Assembly: GCA_965214705.1 (NCBI GenBank)
Contig: OZ243972.1
Coordinates: forward strand, 640,001-704,000
DNA length: 64,000 nt
Origin: Alphaproteobacteria bacterium
GTDB taxonomy: Bacteria > Pseudomonadota > Alphaproteobacteria > UBA828
Reading direction: 5' to 3'
How positions within the stretch are numbered: position 1 is the first letter of the stretch; every line of letters starts with the position of its first letter. Below the pieces are notes generated by a model. It saw nothing but the letters and a program-made list of their open reading frames with translations. It did no database searches and was not told the origin of the DNA. Shown here one piece after another: positions 62,041-64,000 of the stretch. Made by a program: the position numbers and the translations under genes.

Positions 62041-63653
62041 CCCGAGTTATTCATGGAGAACCTTGCGGTTGAGGCTCGGTTATCGGGTCGCGTCGTGGCC
62101 TGACGCGGTTTGGCGCCGGGATCTGAGGATGGTCGTTATTGGGTTGAGGGTTGAACGAGCCTGGGTGATTGGGGCACGCCGCCCCGTCGCTCAGGGGCCT
62201 GCTGCGGCGAGACGGCCTGCGAGCAGGCGGAAGAGAGCGGCATCCGGGCAGGCCGAGGTGAAGTGGATGCGGACGCGGGTGGCCTTCTCGACGACGCGGG
62301 CGCCGATCTTGAGGAGGCGCAGCCTCAGGGTTGCGAACTCTGCACGGGCGAGCGGCGCGGCGCTGGGGATGGCATCGCGGAGCGCGAGCATCAGCCAGTA
62401 GGCTGCGGTGTGCAGCACCAGCCTGAGCTGGTTGGCGCGCGGGCTCTGGCAGGAGGTTCGGTCCGAGGCGAGCTGGCCCTTGTGCATCTTGATCAGGTTT
62501 TCGGCCTGGCCTCGGGCACAGTAGATGTCTTCGTAGAGATGGCGAGGCTCGCCTCCGAGCGAGGTGACGACATAGCGGGTGTCGAAGCCGCGCGTACTCG
62601 CCTCCAGCCGGGCAACGACCCGGCGTTCGCGGTCCCAGGAGCGGGCGGCGTAGGCGGAGGCGGCGAAGCTGCGCATCCTGTCCGCGCCGGCCTTGGCGCG
62701 GCGCACCTTGAGATCGTCGGCCACCTCGTATGCAAGCGCGTGCAGCGCGCGATTGCCGGCGAGGCCGAAGATGTAGTCGACCCCGTTCTGCTCGCACCAG
62801 GCCATGGCTTGCGCGCGGCCGTAGTGGCTGTCTCCCCGGAAGACGATCCGAGTGTGCGGCCAGTGGCGGCGGATGCGGCGGACCAGATGCTTGATGAGGG
62901 TGCGGACTTCGGGCCCCGACGGCGTCTTGCCCGGGCGCAGGAGAACCGCCACCGGCTTGCTGCTTTCCACGTGATAGACGTGGATGGGGAGGAAGCAGCG
63001 CGTGTCGTAATGAGCGTTGAACAGCGAGAGCTGCTGGTCGCCGTGCACGGCATCGCAGGTGTCGTCGATATCGAGGGTGATGGCGGCAGGTGGGGCTGAG
63101 AAGGAGCGGCAGAAGAGATCGACCAGGGCGGCCGTCATGCGCGCCACCTCGATGCGAGACAGCGCGTTCTCCAGGCGGCTCATGGTCGGTTGAGAACACA
63201 GGTCGCGGCCGTTCTCCGGCGCCCGGCCTGAGGCCAGCTTGAACAGCGGGTCGGTGCGCAGCGCGTCGCAGTCGTCGGCATCTTCGTAGCCACACGCAAT
63301 GGCCAGCATGCGAAAGCGCAGCATGGCCGAGATCAAGTGGACCACCTGCGCCTGATTGCGCCGATCGCGGATGCAGCCCGCCAGGGTCTCGGCCAGACGT
63401 AAACTGCGCTCCGCCTCGCGCAACAGGACCAAGCCGCCGTCCGACGAGATCAGGCCGCCGTCGAAGGCGGCGCTCACCTTCTTGCGTTGGACGCTTGGCA
63501 GATCGAAGGGGAGAAGGCTATCGTCGGTCATGGCGGGCGTGGCTTTTTCGTTGTTCGGAGAGGAAGACGCCTCGACAACGAATTCCTACCTGATGGCAAC
63601 GGCTTACGCTACGTCCGCCACCCCAAAATCAGACCCGACAAGAATAATCCGGG
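62041..63653 (-). mobile_element. IS1380-family element
   Basis: IRs CCCGAGTTATTC and GAATAATCCGGG; CTAG TSD. Confidence 0.9.
62191..63531 (-). CDS. IS1380-family transposase
   Basis: FDGGLISSDGG, GYEDADD, SQPTMSRLEN, LDIDDT, RGDSHY, YCARGQAENLIK. Confidence 0.95.
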   Translation of the reverse strand: MTDDSLLPFDLPSVQRKKVSAAFDGGLISSDGGLVLLREAERSLRLAETLAGCIRDRRNQAQVVHLISAMLRFRMLAIACGYEDADDCDALRTDPLFKLASGRAPENGRDLCSQPTMSRLENALSRIEVARMTAALVDLFCRSFSAPPAAITLDIDDTCDAVHGDQQLSLFNAHYDTRCFLPIHVYHVESSKPVAVLLRPGKTPSGPEVRTLIKHLVRRIRRHWPHTRIVFRGDSHYGRAQAMAWCEQNGVDYIFGLAGNRALHALAYEVADDLKVRRAKAGADRMRSFAASAYAARSWDRERRVVARLEASTRGFDTRYVVTSLGGEPRHLYEDIYCARGQAENLIKMHKGQLASDRTSCQSPRANQLRLVLHTAAYWLMLALRDAIPSAAPLARAEFATLRLRLLKIGARVVEKATRVRIHFTSACPDAALFRLLAGRLAAAGP

Positions 63654-63715
63654 CTAGAGCAAGGCCGTCCTTGACGGACTCGCGACGGGCCGCGACCGCG
63701 GGCCGGTGCTGTGGG

Positions 63716-64000
63716 CGGTCAACCGCGAGGCCGGCACAAAGGGGCTGAGGCCCGGCATGCTCCGTGCTCGCCGGTTTGGTGACCGCGCGCGCCGATGCGG
63801 CGGCGGACCGGCGGGGGCTCAAGCGGCTCGCCCTCTGGTGCAACCGCTTCACGCCGTGGTGCGCGGTGGACGCCAGCGACAATAGCGATAGCGGTAACGG
63901 CGGGCTGCTGCTCGACATTACCGACTGCGCCCACCTCTTCGGCGGCGAGGCGGCGCTGATGGACGAGGTCGCGGCGCGGCTCGCGGGCCTCGGTATCGAG
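63716..64000 (+). pseudogene. imuB: ImuB (Y-family polymerase-like) fragment, running off the window
   Basis: AVNREA..GLRPGM, then a frameshift to RLALWCNRFTPW..GLLLDITDCAHLFGGEAAL. Confidence 0.8.

Noticed and set aside
34740-64000. attR duplicate of the tRNA 3' end
   Set aside because: Not found by eye; partial matches such as CCCACTCC near 61190 belong to an IS3 end.

Overview
GC-rich alphaproteobacterial window, inferred from the GAAC-N7-GAAT SOS box, the tandem glycine riboswitch with gcvTHP, and the phoX/HIG1/PduO genes. It has three zones. (1) 1-~19.8 kb is accessory: nested IS remnants and MITEs, a 1813-aa MobF relaxase-helicase with a repeated C-terminal extension, a LysR regulator, an operon of three tandem ribbon-helix-helix (RHH) proteins with a nuclease-like gene downstream, a truncated integrase, an SDR, and two YHYH proteins split by an IS1380. 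(2) ~19.8-34.8 kb is core metabolism: OCD-family protein, HIG1, PduO, gcvTHP with riboswitch, phoX with a Pho box, a four-subunit molybdenum hydroxylase, a class III aminotransferase, a SnoaL protein and tRNA-Ser(GCT). (3) From 34.8 kb to the end lies an island integrated at tRNA-Ser, with a satellite-like core (P4-type integrase, AlpA, primase-DUF3631) and a decaying defence cargo. The best candidate for a new system is a divergent pair of TIR loci with four TIR genes, all keeping the catalytic Glu: a TIR / SLOG / ThsB-like TIR / orphan / coiled-coil-TIR operon with no SIR2 or Macro ThsA, and a mini PD-(D/E)xK / TIR / RipA-like membrane protein unit whose ATGA coupling can be rebuilt by removing an ISKra4. 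The island also holds an IS110 with a candidate bridge-RNA leader, an AT-rich IS1-family cargo transposon (ClpP-like and Cas2-like passengers), a MazG-C/UDG/HEPN-like cluster, iteron-like repeats and a ruined LexA-regulated imuAB. All family assignments come from motif recognition by eye, not from database searches.
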